From Alphaproteobacteria bacterium (GTDB lineage Bacteria > Pseudomonadota > Alphaproteobacteria > Rs-D84), in NCBI GenBank assembly GCA_017427715.1, contig JAFRSF010000002.1, positions 1 through 60,179 on the forward strand: a DNA stretch of 60,179 nucleotides, in the 5' to 3' direction. Shown here in pieces: positions 32,050 to 41,612 of this stretch. The notes under the pieces were generated by a model. That model saw nothing but the letters and a program-made list of their open reading frames with translations. It made no database searches and was not told the origin of the DNA. Both the position numbers and the translations under genes were made by a program. Each line of letters opens with the position of its first letter. Within the stretch, counting starts at the first letter, position 1.

Positions 32050-32397
32050 ATGGGACAATTGATATCAGATGTAACCAAGGTTCTTGATTACAAAGAATCC
32101 AAAAGAAATGCTGAAAATGAACGTCAAAAGATTTTGGCAGATATTGCAGCAGATGAAAGAACAAAAAATAATTTAATAAAAAAGGTTTTAGCGGGACAGC
32201 GCGCAAAATATGGTGCCAGTGGTAATTCGGGTAACAGTTTTTCTGAAAATGCTGTATTAAAACGTTTGCGTGATGAAACTGCAGAACCATACGAAACTAA
32301 ACGTCAAGAAAACATTGATAAAATCATAAAAACAAAGGTAAAAAAACCTAACTTGTTAAAAAATTGGTTATCCAGTATAGATAAAATAGCAGGATAG
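32050..32397 (+). CDS. Putative internal virion protein
   Basis: QRAKYGASG...S motif, located after the nozzle gene. Confidence 0.5.
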   Translation: MGQLISDVTKVLDYKESKRNAENERQKILADIAADERTKNNLIKKVLAGQRAKYGASGNSGNSFSENAVLKRLRDETAEPYETKRQENIDKIIKTKVKKPNLLKNWLSSIDKIAG

Positions 32398-32438
32398 GGT
32401 GTTGATGTACAATATAAAAAAACAGGTGAAATATACAA

Positions 32439-33041
32439 ATGTTGACAACTTCTGCGGCATTTAATTTTTTGGATGCTTGGAACGCGATATTAGGTTTTCA
32501 AACACCAGAGCATCATAAAACAATAATGCAATTTCTGATAGACGTGTTAAACGATACACCTCACCGGGGATTATTGAATGCATTCAGGCATTCTGGAAAA
32601 TCAACGGTTGTTGGTATATTTGCAGCATGTGTGCTGTATCATATACCAGAAACCAGAATATTGATATTGTCTGCTGAAAGTGGTCTGGCATCGCGGATGG
32701 TTTCCCATATTAAAAACATTTTGGAAAACCATCCTTGGTGTGTTGATATTTTACCTGATGTAAAAAAAGAATGGGGCAGGCACAAAATAACAATAAAACG
32801 TCCCATAGGAATCAGAGAACCTTCTGTTATATGTCAGGGTATATCTGGCAATATTACTGGTATGCGATCAGATTTGATAATTTGTGATGATGTAGAAGTT
32901 CCAAACACATGTAATACACAGCACAAAAGAGATAATTTAAGAGAAAGATTACGTGAGTTAGATTTTATATTATCTCCGCATGGTACAATGATTTATATTG
33001 GAACCCCACACACCAAAGATACAATATATCAAATTGCGTGA
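32439..33041 (+). CDS. Terminase large subunit, N-terminal ATPase half
   Basis: AFRHSGKS Walker A, ITGMRSDLIICDDVE Walker B, YIGTPH motif III, then a stop codon. Confidence 0.88.
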   Translation: MLTTSAAFNFLDAWNAILGFQTPEHHKTIMQFLIDVLNDTPHRGLLNAFRHSGKSTVVGIFAACVLYHIPETRILILSAESGLASRMVSHIKNILENHPWCVDILPDVKKEWGRHKITIKRPIGIREPSVICQGISGNITGMRSDLIICDDVEVPNTCNTQHKRDNLRERLRELDFILSPHGTMIYIGTPHTKDTIYQIA

Positions 33042-33046
33042 TTTGT

Positions 33047-33685
33047 TTATTTATGTGAAATAACTGCGCGCAATTTGGATAACATTTCTTGACCAGTTTC
33101 CCCGAACATAGGTAAATACATTTCAAAATCCAACATGTTTGCCTGAATCAAAGCGCGATTACGTTCTGTTGTTGGTTCTGATATTAATTTTTGTGCGGTA
33201 TCCCAATTATTATATGCGCGGGCTGTACGTGAAACTGTATCCCATTTAGTTAATAAATCATTATTGCCAGCCAAAGCGGTTTTTATATCATCAATCCAAC
33301 CGCTGCCAAATTTTTGAACAAATGGCAGCCGTTTAATTTTATCCAGATTTTCTGGATTTGGTGCAAAGTCATCCAGCATATTTTGTAACTCTTGGATTTC
33401 GTCTTCAGTCAAAGATGAATTTATTTCTGCACCAAACATCATACCACCATAAGGCAGCAAATTGTTATCAATAGAATCCATAGGGGTCTTGCCACTGCGC
33501 AAATTGTTAATATGTTCAACCAATTTATCCCCAGTAGGCAAAGCAGACAATGCAGTTAAAACATCTTCTTCGTCAGATTCTTGCAGAAATACCTGGTTAA
33601 CGGCTGCCCAACCGCCGGTTATTACGTGTTCTTGGCGATATAGATTCAATAACCGTTGTGCTGTAACGACAATATGTTGTTGCAT
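33047..33685 (-). CDS. Hypothetical protein
   Basis: 212-aa ORF with AGGGGG SD, apparently co-transcribed with the XRE gene. Confidence 0.7.
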   Translation of the reverse strand: MQQHIVVTAQRLLNLYRQEHVITGGWAAVNQVFLQESDEEDVLTALSALPTGDKLVEHINNLRSGKTPMDSIDNNLLPYGGMMFGAEINSSLTEDEIQELQNMLDDFAPNPENLDKIKRLPFVQKFGSGWIDDIKTALAGNNDLLTKWDTVSRTARAYNNWDTAQKLISEPTTERNRALIQANMLDFEMYLPMFGETGQEMLSKLRAVISHK

Positions 33686-33712
33686 ATATTATCCCCCCTG
33701 GTGACAAGATTG

Positions 33713-34720
33713 CTATTGCATGACAATCATAACAATTTTGTGCATTACTTTTCCGGTAATCTTTTCTTCTGGATTAGATAAGTGACCATATAATTTGCCT
33801 TTGCTGTCTTGGCATACCAAAGCAATTTGGGCGACAATTGAACTGTCTTCGGTCAAAGTATCAAAATCATCTTCTAAAAATACTGCTAGATCACCAACGG
33901 ATGGGGTTGTATTTGCATCGGCAAACACATAAGATTTTTCTGGTATAAATCCACCCAATCTTTTGGAATTTGGTATTACAGCATAAACGTCACAACAACC
34001 TTCCAAAGAGGCCGGTGCAACAATCATAGATTCATCAGATTTTTTGAATTTGATGCTTTTACCAGAAGGTGTTCCAAACACAGGAACCAATTTTTTACGT
34101 GCGTTGTCATACATCTGCGCCCCATACAATCCGCAACGACTATCTAAACTGGATGCAGGATTACAGGGTTCCAACACAGATTTTACACGTTCTTTGACTT
34201 TGTTAATTTGTTTGTTTAATTCACCAGATTTGTACAATCTGGTAATTTCATCAAACAGGCCGGACGTTGTGTACCCAAATGCCTTGGCTAAATCATCAAT
34301 TTCGTTTTCGTATACTTCGCGTTGTCCAACTTCAACTTTGTGATACACAGACAAAGTCATGTTTGCATCCTTGGCGGCTTCTGCAATGGTTTTGTCTGCC
34401 AATTGACGAATTTTACGCAATCCGCTGCCGAATATTTTTAGACCGCTACCTTCGTTGTCTGTTAAACGACGTTTGATTTCGTTTTGCCATTTATCCGCAT
34501 ACGCATCGGTTTCATGAATGAATAAATCAGATAATTTGCATCCCAAAATAGAACATACGTTTAATAACTGTTTTTGATTCAGTCGGCGTACACCCTTTTC
34601 AATTTTGGATACAGCAGACAAAGATAAATTAGAACGTCTTGCCAATTCCGTCATTCGCATACCTTTGCCAATACGGATACTTCTGATGTTATTAGGAAAT
34701 ATAATTTCTTCTTGGGCCAT
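33713..34720 (-). CDS. XRE-family regulator with two HTH domains and a degenerate S24-like C-terminal domain
   Basis: ELARRSNLSLSAVSKIEKG and EAAKDANMTLSVYHKVEVG HTH motifs, then VPVFG...VYAV. AAGGAG SD. Confidence 0.82.
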   Translation of the reverse strand: MAQEEIIFPNNIRSIRIGKGMRMTELARRSNLSLSAVSKIEKGVRRLNQKQLLNVCSILGCKLSDLFIHETDAYADKWQNEIKRRLTDNEGSGLKIFGSGLRKIRQLADKTIAEAAKDANMTLSVYHKVEVGQREVYENEIDDLAKAFGYTTSGLFDEITRLYKSGELNKQINKVKERVKSVLEPCNPASSLDSRCGLYGAQMYDNARKKLVPVFGTPSGKSIKFKKSDESMIVAPASLEGCCDVYAVIPNSKRLGGFIPEKSYVFADANTTPSVGDLAVFLEDDFDTLTEDSSIVAQIALVCQDSKGKLYGHLSNPEEKITGKVMHKIVMIVMQ

Positions 34721-34786
34721 AGCAAACTCCTTGAAATACGTTGTTTAAATGATAGTCAATTTTTATTATTTTATCAAGAAAAATAA

Positions 34787-36331
34787 TTATATAAAATCGT
34801 CTGGGACATCACTGACATCAGGAACCGCAGAATTATCAGAATCTGACTGTGAAACAAATTGATTGTTGTGTTCTTCTGGTACAGGATGTAGTTCAAATTG
34901 GTTAAGATTGTCAAACAGATAATACTCACCAATGAAACTTAGATGCACAGTTTCTGGTTTTCCATGACGGTTTTTAGCAATGATAATATCCGCTTTGTTT
35001 TTTGAATTATCAAATCTTTTTTGCCAATTTTGCATAGCGTTTTCAGATGCGGTCCCTGATAATTTTTGGTCTGGTGCGCGGTCTTTAAGATAATATTCTT
35101 CGCGATAGGTAAACATAACAATATCCGCATCTTGTTCAATAGAACCAGATTCACGTAAATCTGATAACACAGGTCTTTTATCATCGCGTTGTTCAACACT
35201 GCGCGATAATTGGGACAAAGCAATCACAGGAACATCTAATTCTTTGGCCAAAATCTTTAATCCACGCGTAATTTCAGATAATTCTTGAACACGATTGTCG
35301 TTATGCTTTCCACCAGGTGAAGTCATTAACTGTAGATAATCAATAACAATCAAAGCAATTCCGCCAGATTGGCGTGCAATACGGCGTGCGCGTGTTTTTA
35401 TCATGGCTACAGACATATTTGCGGTATCATCTATGATTAAAGGCAATTTTGACAAAGCACTAGCATACTGTGACATTTTCATAATTTCTTCGTCCGTCAA
35501 ATTACCTTCGCGCATATTTGATGCAGGTACTTTGGACTGAGATGACAGTATGCGCTGAGCCAACTGTTGATGAGACATTTCTAAGCTAAAGAACATAACA
35601 GCACCACGATATTGATTATTAGCACGTCCGTTAAATATTGCATTTGCAGCATTGAATGCGATATTCATGGCCAGTGTCGTCTTACCCATACCAGGACGTC
35701 CAGCAATAATCAGCAAATCCGAATGATGCAATCCACTGATGGATTTATCTAATTCATCAAGGCCTGTGGTTAAACCTGATAATTTGCCGTCTGCTTTGTA
35801 TGCGATTTCCGCTTCTGCCAAAGCACCTTTTAATGCATCTGCCAAAGATACAACATTGCGTTCTGATTTGCCAGTAGAAGCCAGATTGAACAATTGTTGT
35901 TCTGCTGTTTCTATCTGTGCATTGACAGTTTTATCCAGGTTTTCAGTATATGCATCATCTATCATGCTGTGTCCAAGATTGATTAAATCACGGCGCCTGG
36001 CGGAATCAAAAACGATTTGTGCATAATGTTCAACATTTACCACCGTTGAGCCAGCTGATGCCAATTTGGATAGATATTCAACACCACCGACACTGTCCAG
36101 GACACCTTGCTGTTCAAGATATTTTTTTATTGTGATGATATCAAACGGAATGCCGGATTCGAATTGGCGCAAAGCCAATTTATATATTTCTTGGTGTGCA
36201 GGATGTGAAAAATGTTCAGGCAATAAAAAATCTGATACAGATTCCAAAGCGCGATTGTTCATCAAAACCGCAGCCAAAATTGCTTGTTCGGCTTCTAGAT
36301 TCATAGGTAAAGTTTTCGGAGTAAAGTCCAT
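34787..36331 (-). CDS. dnaB: Replicative DNA helicase
   Basis: P.NLEAEQAIL, AGRPGMGKT, FSLEMS, VIDYLQL, LSQLSR, SDLRESGSIEQDAD, AKNRHG motifs. Confidence 0.97.
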   Translation of the reverse strand: MDFTPKTLPMNLEAEQAILAAVLMNNRALESVSDFLLPEHFSHPAHQEIYKLALRQFESGIPFDIITIKKYLEQQGVLDSVGGVEYLSKLASAGSTVVNVEHYAQIVFDSARRRDLINLGHSMIDDAYTENLDKTVNAQIETAEQQLFNLASTGKSERNVVSLADALKGALAEAEIAYKADGKLSGLTTGLDELDKSISGLHHSDLLIIAGRPGMGKTTLAMNIAFNAANAIFNGRANNQYRGAVMFFSLEMSHQQLAQRILSSQSKVPASNMREGNLTDEEIMKMSQYASALSKLPLIIDDTANMSVAMIKTRARRIARQSGGIALIVIDYLQLMTSPGGKHNDNRVQELSEITRGLKILAKELDVPVIALSQLSRSVEQRDDKRPVLSDLRESGSIEQDADIVMFTYREEYYLKDRAPDQKLSGTASENAMQNWQKRFDNSKNKADIIIAKNRHGKPETVHLSFIGEYYLFDNLNQFELHPVPEEHNNQFVSQSDSDNSAVPDVSDVPDDFI

Positions 36332-37178
36332 GTCTTTTAGATTAAACGAAAATTTAAATAATTCAATACCTTTTTTAATTGGTTATAAGCAATTAAAGAT
36401 ACCCATTATGGATAATGCTGGAAATCCGGCATGGCCAGAAATGTTTTCTTTGGAAAAAATACAAGAATTACAACAAATTGTTGGTCATAGACATTTTTCT
36501 GCGCAAATGATGTTAGAATACATCCCTGATGAAAAAGTTTGTTTAGATCCAGGTGCATTAACATTTTATGATGATGATTTGGATAATCGAACATGTCTGT
36601 TGGGACAACACAGAATTACAGGGTGTTGTACATATTGGGACCCTTCTTCTGGACGCAGCGCGTCAGACGGCAGTGTATGCGTATTGGTTTATCGTGATGA
36701 TAAAAATCGAACTGCTTTTGTTCATGATATATTGTATATGGTTGTTTCTGATGATGATGTTCATCCTTTGGCAACACAATGTGAAAATGTTTTGTCATTT
36801 ATGCAGAAACATAAACTGAACACAATAGGTATAGAAATAAACGGTATCGGCAATGCGTTACCGGAAATACTCAGAAATATCGCCACTGCACAGCATTTTT
36901 CAATACATATTTTACAAATTGCTAATCACACTAAAAAAGAAACAAGGATATTAAATGCAATAGAACCCATGTTGACCACGGGGCGCTTGTTCATGCGAAA
37001 CACAATTAAACAATCCATGCTGTTATCTGAAATGTTATCTTGGATCCCAGTTGGTTCCAGAGAACACGATGATGGTTTGGATGCCTTGGCTGGTGCGTTG
37101 GCTATGCAGCCATCACCAATCAGACCTATGATAAACCATAATGGTTTAATCAAAGCAAATACAGAATTTAAAATATAA
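36330..37178 (+). CDS. Terminase large subunit, C-terminal nuclease half
   Basis: WPEMF, FSAQMML, YWDPS....DGS, IEINGIG, KETRI, HDDGLDALAGA RNase H-like motifs. Start is ATG 36330 or 36408. Confidence 0.82.
   Translation: MSFRLNENLNNSIPFLIGYKQLKIPIMDNAGNPAWPEMFSLEKIQELQQIVGHRHFSAQMMLEYIPDEKVCLDPGALTFYDDDLDNRTCLLGQHRITGCCTYWDPSSGRSASDGSVCVLVYRDDKNRTAFVHDILYMVVSDDDVHPLATQCENVLSFMQKHKLNTIGIEINGIGNALPEILRNIATAQHFSIHILQIANHTKKETRILNAIEPMLTTGRLFMRNTIKQSMLLSEMLSWIPVGSREHDDGLDALAGALAMQPSPIRPMINHNGLIKANTEFKI
36339..36366 (-). promoter_or_regulatory. Candidate leaderless dnaB promoter inside the terminase C-half frame
   Basis: Minus strand TTGAAT-16 nt-TAATCT, then 7 nt to the ATG. Confidence 0.45.
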
Positions 37179-37198
37179 TTAAACAAAAGGAAAAATAA

Positions 37199-38422
37199 AT
37201 GCAAAAAAATCTTATGCAATTATATAAGCGCGCGTTAGATGAACGCAGTATCTGGTTGAACCGTTGGCAAACGGCAATGCGCTATACTATTCCGACCAAT
37301 GATACGGATGTTGCAATGTTGTTTGATGCAACTGCAGCAGATGCCGTAGATAATTTGGCTGCTTCGATGTATTCATTGTTGACACCGCCAGAATCCTTGT
37401 GGATAAATTTGGTTCGTGAAAGTGATTTATCGCCGAATGCAGAAATTGCGACAGATATGTTGCGTGCGCATTTGAACGATTCTAATTTTTATACAACAAT
37501 TCATCAATGTTATACAGATTTGGTTGTTTTAGGAACAGCATGTTTATTCATGGCAGAAAACCCAATTGGAGCAGATTCTGCATTTTCTTTCACGGCAATT
37601 CCAATGACAGATATTGCAATATTGCCAAATGCAGTTTTTCATACGACATCCATGCCTGCATGTGAGATAGCAGAAAAATATCCACATTTTACAATGCCCG
37701 AAAAATTGCGAGAATTGATTAAAAACAATCCAGAAACCCCAATTCGATTGGTTCAAGCATTGATAGGTAAAGATTTTACTGCTTGGCTGGATGTCGGCGG
37801 TGATATAGAAAATAATATTGTTTCCACAGGTGTTTTTGAAACAAATCCATATATAATATTTCGGTGGTCTGTAGTCAGTGGTGAATTATACGGACGCAGT
37901 CCAGTATTGCGCGCATTACCAGATATAAAAACAGCCAATAAAGTTGTCGAATTAGTATTAAAAAATGCGACAATAGCAGTCAGCGGTATCTGGCAGGCGG
38001 ATGATGATGGGGTTATTAATTTATCTAATATCAATTTAACACCTGGAGCAATCATCCCCAAAGCAGTAGGCAGTTCTGGTTTAACACCGTTGTCAAGTGG
38101 TGCGGATTTCGATGTTTCTCAAATAGTACTGCGTGATTTGCGTGACAGAATCAGACATACGTTGCTGGCAGACAGATTGGGATTATTGTCTGACAAAGAA
38201 ATGACAGCGACAGAAATATTAGCGCGCAATTCGGATATGGTTCGCATTTTAGGTGCCACGTACGGTCGTTTATTACATGAATTTATTCGTCCTATGTGTG
38301 AAAGAGGGCTTCAAATATTATCGCGGCGTGGTTTAATAGATAAAATATCTTTGCACAGCGATGCAGAATTAAAATATATTGCCCCAATTGCTCAAATGGC
38401 ACGCGAAGAAATGTCTATCTAG
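37199..38422 (+). CDS. Head-tail connector (portal) protein, podovirus type
   Basis: LFDATA.DAV.NLAA, DLVVLGTA, RW....GELYGRSP...ALPDIKT.N, MTATEI..R motifs. Confidence 0.88.
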   Translation: MQKNLMQLYKRALDERSIWLNRWQTAMRYTIPTNDTDVAMLFDATAADAVDNLAASMYSLLTPPESLWINLVRESDLSPNAEIATDMLRAHLNDSNFYTTIHQCYTDLVVLGTACLFMAENPIGADSAFSFTAIPMTDIAILPNAVFHTTSMPACEIAEKYPHFTMPEKLRELIKNNPETPIRLVQALIGKDFTAWLDVGGDIENNIVSTGVFETNPYIIFRWSVVSGELYGRSPVLRALPDIKTANKVVELVLKNATIAVSGIWQADDDGVINLSNINLTPGAIIPKAVGSSGLTPLSSGADFDVSQIVLRDLRDRIRHTLLADRLGLLSDKEMTATEILARNSDMVRILGATYGRLLHEFIRPMCERGLQILSRRGLIDKISLHSDAELKYIAPIAQMAREEMSI

Positions 38423-38432
38423 GATTATAATC

Positions 38433-38633
38433 ATGCAAGATATAGAAAAACAATATGTGCGAACTTTTGCTACGAATTGCGGCAAACAAGTGTTGGCTCA
38501 CTTGCGTTCTTTGACCATAGAACGCATTGTTGGGCCAAATGTATCAAACGAAGATTTACGATGGTGGGCGGCGCAAAATGCGTTAATTCATCATATTGAA
38601 AATATGATTAAAAAAGGAAACAACCCAACATGA
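38433..38633 (+). CDS. Small phage protein (Bbp19-like)
   Basis: Y.RTFAT..GKQVLAHLR motif, directly after the portal gene. Confidence 0.6.
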   Translation: MQDIEKQYVRTFATNCGKQVLAHLRSLTIERIVGPNVSNEDLRWWAAQNALIHHIENMIKKGNNPT

Positions 38634-38890
38634 GAAAACAACAAACTTTAAACGGTCTAATAGATACTTTACGGGACAGTTGGTTTTTAATTGCCTTTGT
38701 ATCTGGTGTTATTTATTGGGTTGCACGTCAAGATTCGTCTTTATCAGAATTGTCACGACAAAATGAACGAATAACAGCACTGGAAAATAGAACTACAATA
38801 CTGGAATCAGGTATCGGACAATTACAATTAAAAATAGATGGAATCAAAGAAGATGTTACTTTGATAAAAAGTGCAGTGATTAAAAATTAA
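38630..38890 (+). CDS. Small TM plus coiled-coil phage-type protein
   Basis: One TM helix then heptad repeats. Overlaps the previous stop (ATGA). Confidence 0.55.
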   Translation: MRKQQTLNGLIDTLRDSWFLIAFVSGVIYWVARQDSSLSELSRQNERITALENRTTILESGIGQLQLKIDGIKEDVTLIKSAVIKN

Positions 38891-39240
38891 ATGGCATTTT
38901 TTGCCCAATATATTTTATGACCACAAACAACAATAACATCAAATCTGGCATTGCCAGTCCAATGTTTGTTTATTAAATAGGTTTCTGCGGCGCGGCGTAA
39001 TCTGACAGATTGTGCCGGGGTAATCGCGTCCCATGCAGCATCGGTTGTTTTACGAGATTTGACTTCTATAAAAACAATAGTATTTTTGTGTCGTGCAATA
39101 ATATCTATTTCTGCACGATTGGTATTTTTGCCGGTTATATATCTGTTTTGTAAAATATGATAGCCGTGAAACCGCAGAAACCATCTTGCGATAAATTCAG
39201 AAAACAGACCAATTTGATAAGATGTTCGTTTAAAACGCAT
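38887..39240 (-). CDS. yraN: YraN family (UPF0102) endonuclease-like protein
   Basis: EIDIIA....IVFIEVKSR and ARFDVI motifs. Confidence 0.88.
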   Translation of the reverse strand: MRFKRTSYQIGLFSEFIARWFLRFHGYHILQNRYITGKNTNRAEIDIIARHKNTIVFIEVKSRKTTDAAWDAITPAQSVRLRRAAETYLINKHWTGNARFDVIVVCGHKIYWAKNAI

Positions 39241-40018
39241 ATGGCTTTGCCTGGAAATTATTTCGTGCTGCTTGGATGTTATTTGCAGAATCATTTGCAT
39301 TTAATCCATTATCAGACAAAACCAATTGCCCATAATATGCTTTCATCATCGGGTCAAAAGCGTTTTCAGAAGAAATCCATTTGTCTTCATCTGAATTCGG
39401 GGTACCGTATTTATCCAAGACACCTTGCCAAAAAGATAATATTTTCTTTTCACGCTGATTTGCAAACTTTTCATTTGCACCTTCTATGGTATTAACATCA
39501 TTATTATATACGATTTTCCATACAACATTATCAGTGGCATTGCTGGTAAAATACACATCAATGGTTTCGCCAGTAAATTGTCGTTCTAAATGTATCTCAG
39601 ATACATACAACAGTCCACGGTTTCGTGCCAAAGAATAAATACATTTTTCCAGTTTTTCTGGTGTAAAAATCCTGTTTTGCCGACATTCATAATCCAGATT
39701 ATATTTCCAATCTTTGTTTATAGTGTAAATAACGCTGTTGTTTCTGCGTGGGGCATATAAACCAGAACCATTGAAAAATAAATTGTTCACTTCATCATAT
39801 GACATACCCAACATAATACCAGCAATATCAAACTGGCTAACATTTACAACACTGGCCCCAGAATTCAAAGATACTTTTTCAATATCCATACTTTCTGAAT
39901 CGCCGCCGTCTTCGACAATTGCGAAATTATCAAAAGAAAATTCATCTTCTTCAGCATAAACCGTCCCACCAGAAAATATCACTGTACACATCAACAATAA
40001 AAACCAGATTTTCTTCAT
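39230..40018 (-). CDS. Secreted hypothetical protein
   Basis: Signal peptide, FDIAGIMLGMS motif, AAGGA SD. Confidence 0.7.
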   Translation of the reverse strand: MKKIWFLLLMCTVIFSGGTVYAEEDEFSFDNFAIVEDGGDSESMDIEKVSLNSGASVVNVSQFDIAGIMLGMSYDEVNNLFFNGSGLYAPRRNNSVIYTINKDWKYNLDYECRQNRIFTPEKLEKCIYSLARNRGLLYVSEIHLERQFTGETIDVYFTSNATDNVVWKIVYNNDVNTIEGANEKFANQREKKILSFWQGVLDKYGTPNSDEDKWISSENAFDPMMKAYYGQLVLSDNGLNANDSANNIQAARNNFQAKPYAF

Positions 40019-40032
40019 AATATTTTCCTTTG

Positions 40033-40653
40033 TTAAAATGCGACATCCGTTACTTCGAACATAAATAATCCTGCTGGGTCGCCACCTGTTTCAAGATATT
40101 TACGTACATTTATATTGGGATTGATACCTGGTAAAAATCGAACTTTTAAATTAATAATTCCAATATCGTCTATGACATCAGCATTCATTTTATTGGATTG
40201 GGTCCATGTACGCGTAAAATAGGGTACAGCAACCCATCCAGAATCTTTGATTGGTTGTATTTTGGATGTATCGACCCACACATTGCGGAACATCTTGCCT
40301 TTTGCCATAACATCTATGTTTTTTGCCTCTGTATTCAGCCAGTCAGTATAAACTTTGGATACAGACAAATCTTTGATAATTTGGGTTTGTTCTTTTGTCA
40401 CAGTTCCAGGAATAACTTTGAAATATTCAGCAACATATTTTTGAATCAGTTTGTTCCTTAAACCGTCCGATTTTAAATCATTCAGATTTTGCAAAGGACC
40501 GACACGTGTATTTGGTCTGTTGCCAGTTTGAAAAATATAGGTTTCTATAACAGTTTGTTCATTTGCCCTGTATGTTAAAACAACGATGAACACAGTAGCC
40601 AATATGATTGCTAATAAACAGATTCCCATGAAAAACGATTTTAATTTGTTCAT
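40033..40653 (-). CDS. VirB8-like bitopic membrane protein
   Basis: N-terminal TM helix, LIQKYVAEYF helix, C-terminal DPAGLFMFEV reminiscent of the VirB8 NPxG motif. Confidence 0.45.
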   Translation of the reverse strand: MNKLKSFFMGICLLAIILATVFIVVLTYRANEQTVIETYIFQTGNRPNTRVGPLQNLNDLKSDGLRNKLIQKYVAEYFKVIPGTVTKEQTQIIKDLSVSKVYTDWLNTEAKNIDVMAKGKMFRNVWVDTSKIQPIKDSGWVAVPYFTRTWTQSNKMNADVIDDIGIINLKVRFLPGINPNINVRKYLETGGDPAGLFMFEVTDVAF

Positions 40654-40659
40654 TTAATT

Positions 40660-41367
40660 TTATAACCCCGGTTTAACCACCATTCTGTACGCATTAAAAT
40701 CCTTTACATAATATCCCAATGTTGCTGGATAACGACCTTTGTCATCATGCCCCAATTCTATGAAAGCCAACACATCAAATTTCTTATTCACAGATGATTC
40801 TAATTCCACATATGATTGCCATAAACCCGCTTTGCTGTTTTTATTTGTTGGTGGTGTAATCAGTTGAGATTTAACCATAATTGTTTCGGATGCCTGGTCA
40901 ATGCGGTCGCGATATTCGGGCATAACATTGTTATAAAACTGTTGAAATAATTCTTGGGATGACACACAAAACAATGCGCAATTATAATTATGTGGGTTGT
41001 ATTGATCAGTACTTTCACAATCAAAAGATTCACAGTTTCGCCATCTGGATTCGTTTATCGAATTATTTTTGTTAATGGAAAACCAATGTATAACATAATT
41101 TCTGACCAATGATTCTTGGATAATTCTGTCATGGCTGATTTTAAGGTTTTTTTCTGGATACGCAACCACCGTCCAGTCAGATGTCAAAGAATCAGAAGAT
41201 ATCAAAAACGGATAATTTCTTTTTGAATTGTTTAATAATAAAACCAACCCGCATGCAACAATAATACAAAAGAACACAACAGCAATCCATATAGAAACAC
41301 TACGGGAAAAAGCGATGGTTTTTCCAGCAGGGAAAGTCGATGTGTCAAAATCGTTTGGGTAATTCAA
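40660..41367 (-). CDS. VirB8-like bitopic membrane protein
   Basis: TM helix then YPFLI, QESLVRNYV..W, S..LFQQF, TLGYYVKDF motifs. Confidence 0.55.
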   Translation of the reverse strand: MNYPNDFDTSTFPAGKTIAFSRSVSIWIAVVFFCIIVACGLVLLLNNSKRNYPFLISSDSLTSDWTVVAYPEKNLKISHDRIIQESLVRNYVIHWFSINKNNSINESRWRNCESFDCESTDQYNPHNYNCALFCVSSQELFQQFYNNVMPEYRDRIDQASETIMVKSQLITPPTNKNSKAGLWQSYVELESSVNKKFDVLAFIELGHDDKGRYPATLGYYVKDFNAYRMVVKPGL

Positions 41368-41393
41368 TTAATCCCCCCACAATTTGCCGAAAA

Positions 41394-41549
41394 TTATGCT
41401 TGATAAACCAAAATACAAGCACAAGGACTTAATTTTAATTCATTATTGTCGTATCCGATTCCGACCGGTTCACGATCATAAATCTGACCACATCCAGCAA
41501 TTCCAAGACCAACAATTGCCAATATGCAAATCACCAGAACTTTTTTCAT
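41394..41549 (-). CDS. Small lipoprotein, VirB7-like
   Basis: 51 aa, lipobox IAGC, LKLSPCAC near the C-terminus, AGGAG SD. Confidence 0.55.
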   Translation of the reverse strand: MKKVLVICILAIVGLGIAGCGQIYDREPVGIGYDNNELKLSPCACILVYQA

Positions 41550-41612
41550 GTTTCTTCTCCTTTCTTTTCTAAAGTATAAGAAAAATCTATCCCCCCAGTC
41601 AAGCCAAAACAA

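Larger units (their letters stand above)
26723..38890 (+). mobile_element. Podovirus-like virion gene cluster: domesticated prophage remnant or GTA candidate
   Basis: Hydrolase, holin-like, scaffold, capsid, tail tubular A/B-like, split terminase and portal genes. No integrase, phage polymerase or tail fibre seen. Interleaved with dnaB. Confidence 0.75.

Noticed and set aside
36066-36329. N-terminal extension of the terminase C-half ORF
   Set aside because: It lies antisense within dnaB. Terminase-like sequence begins only around PFLIGYKQLKIPI (about 36369).
33042-36331. Excisable element that would restore the terminase
   Set aside because: No direct or inverted repeats found by eye at the junctions, no recombinase in the window, and the cassette carries dnaB.
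26723-38890. Intact inducible prophage carrying the DGR
   Set aside because: No integrase, att sites, phage replication module or tail fibre. The DGR is more than 10 kb away beyond core genes, and its target has a signal peptide.
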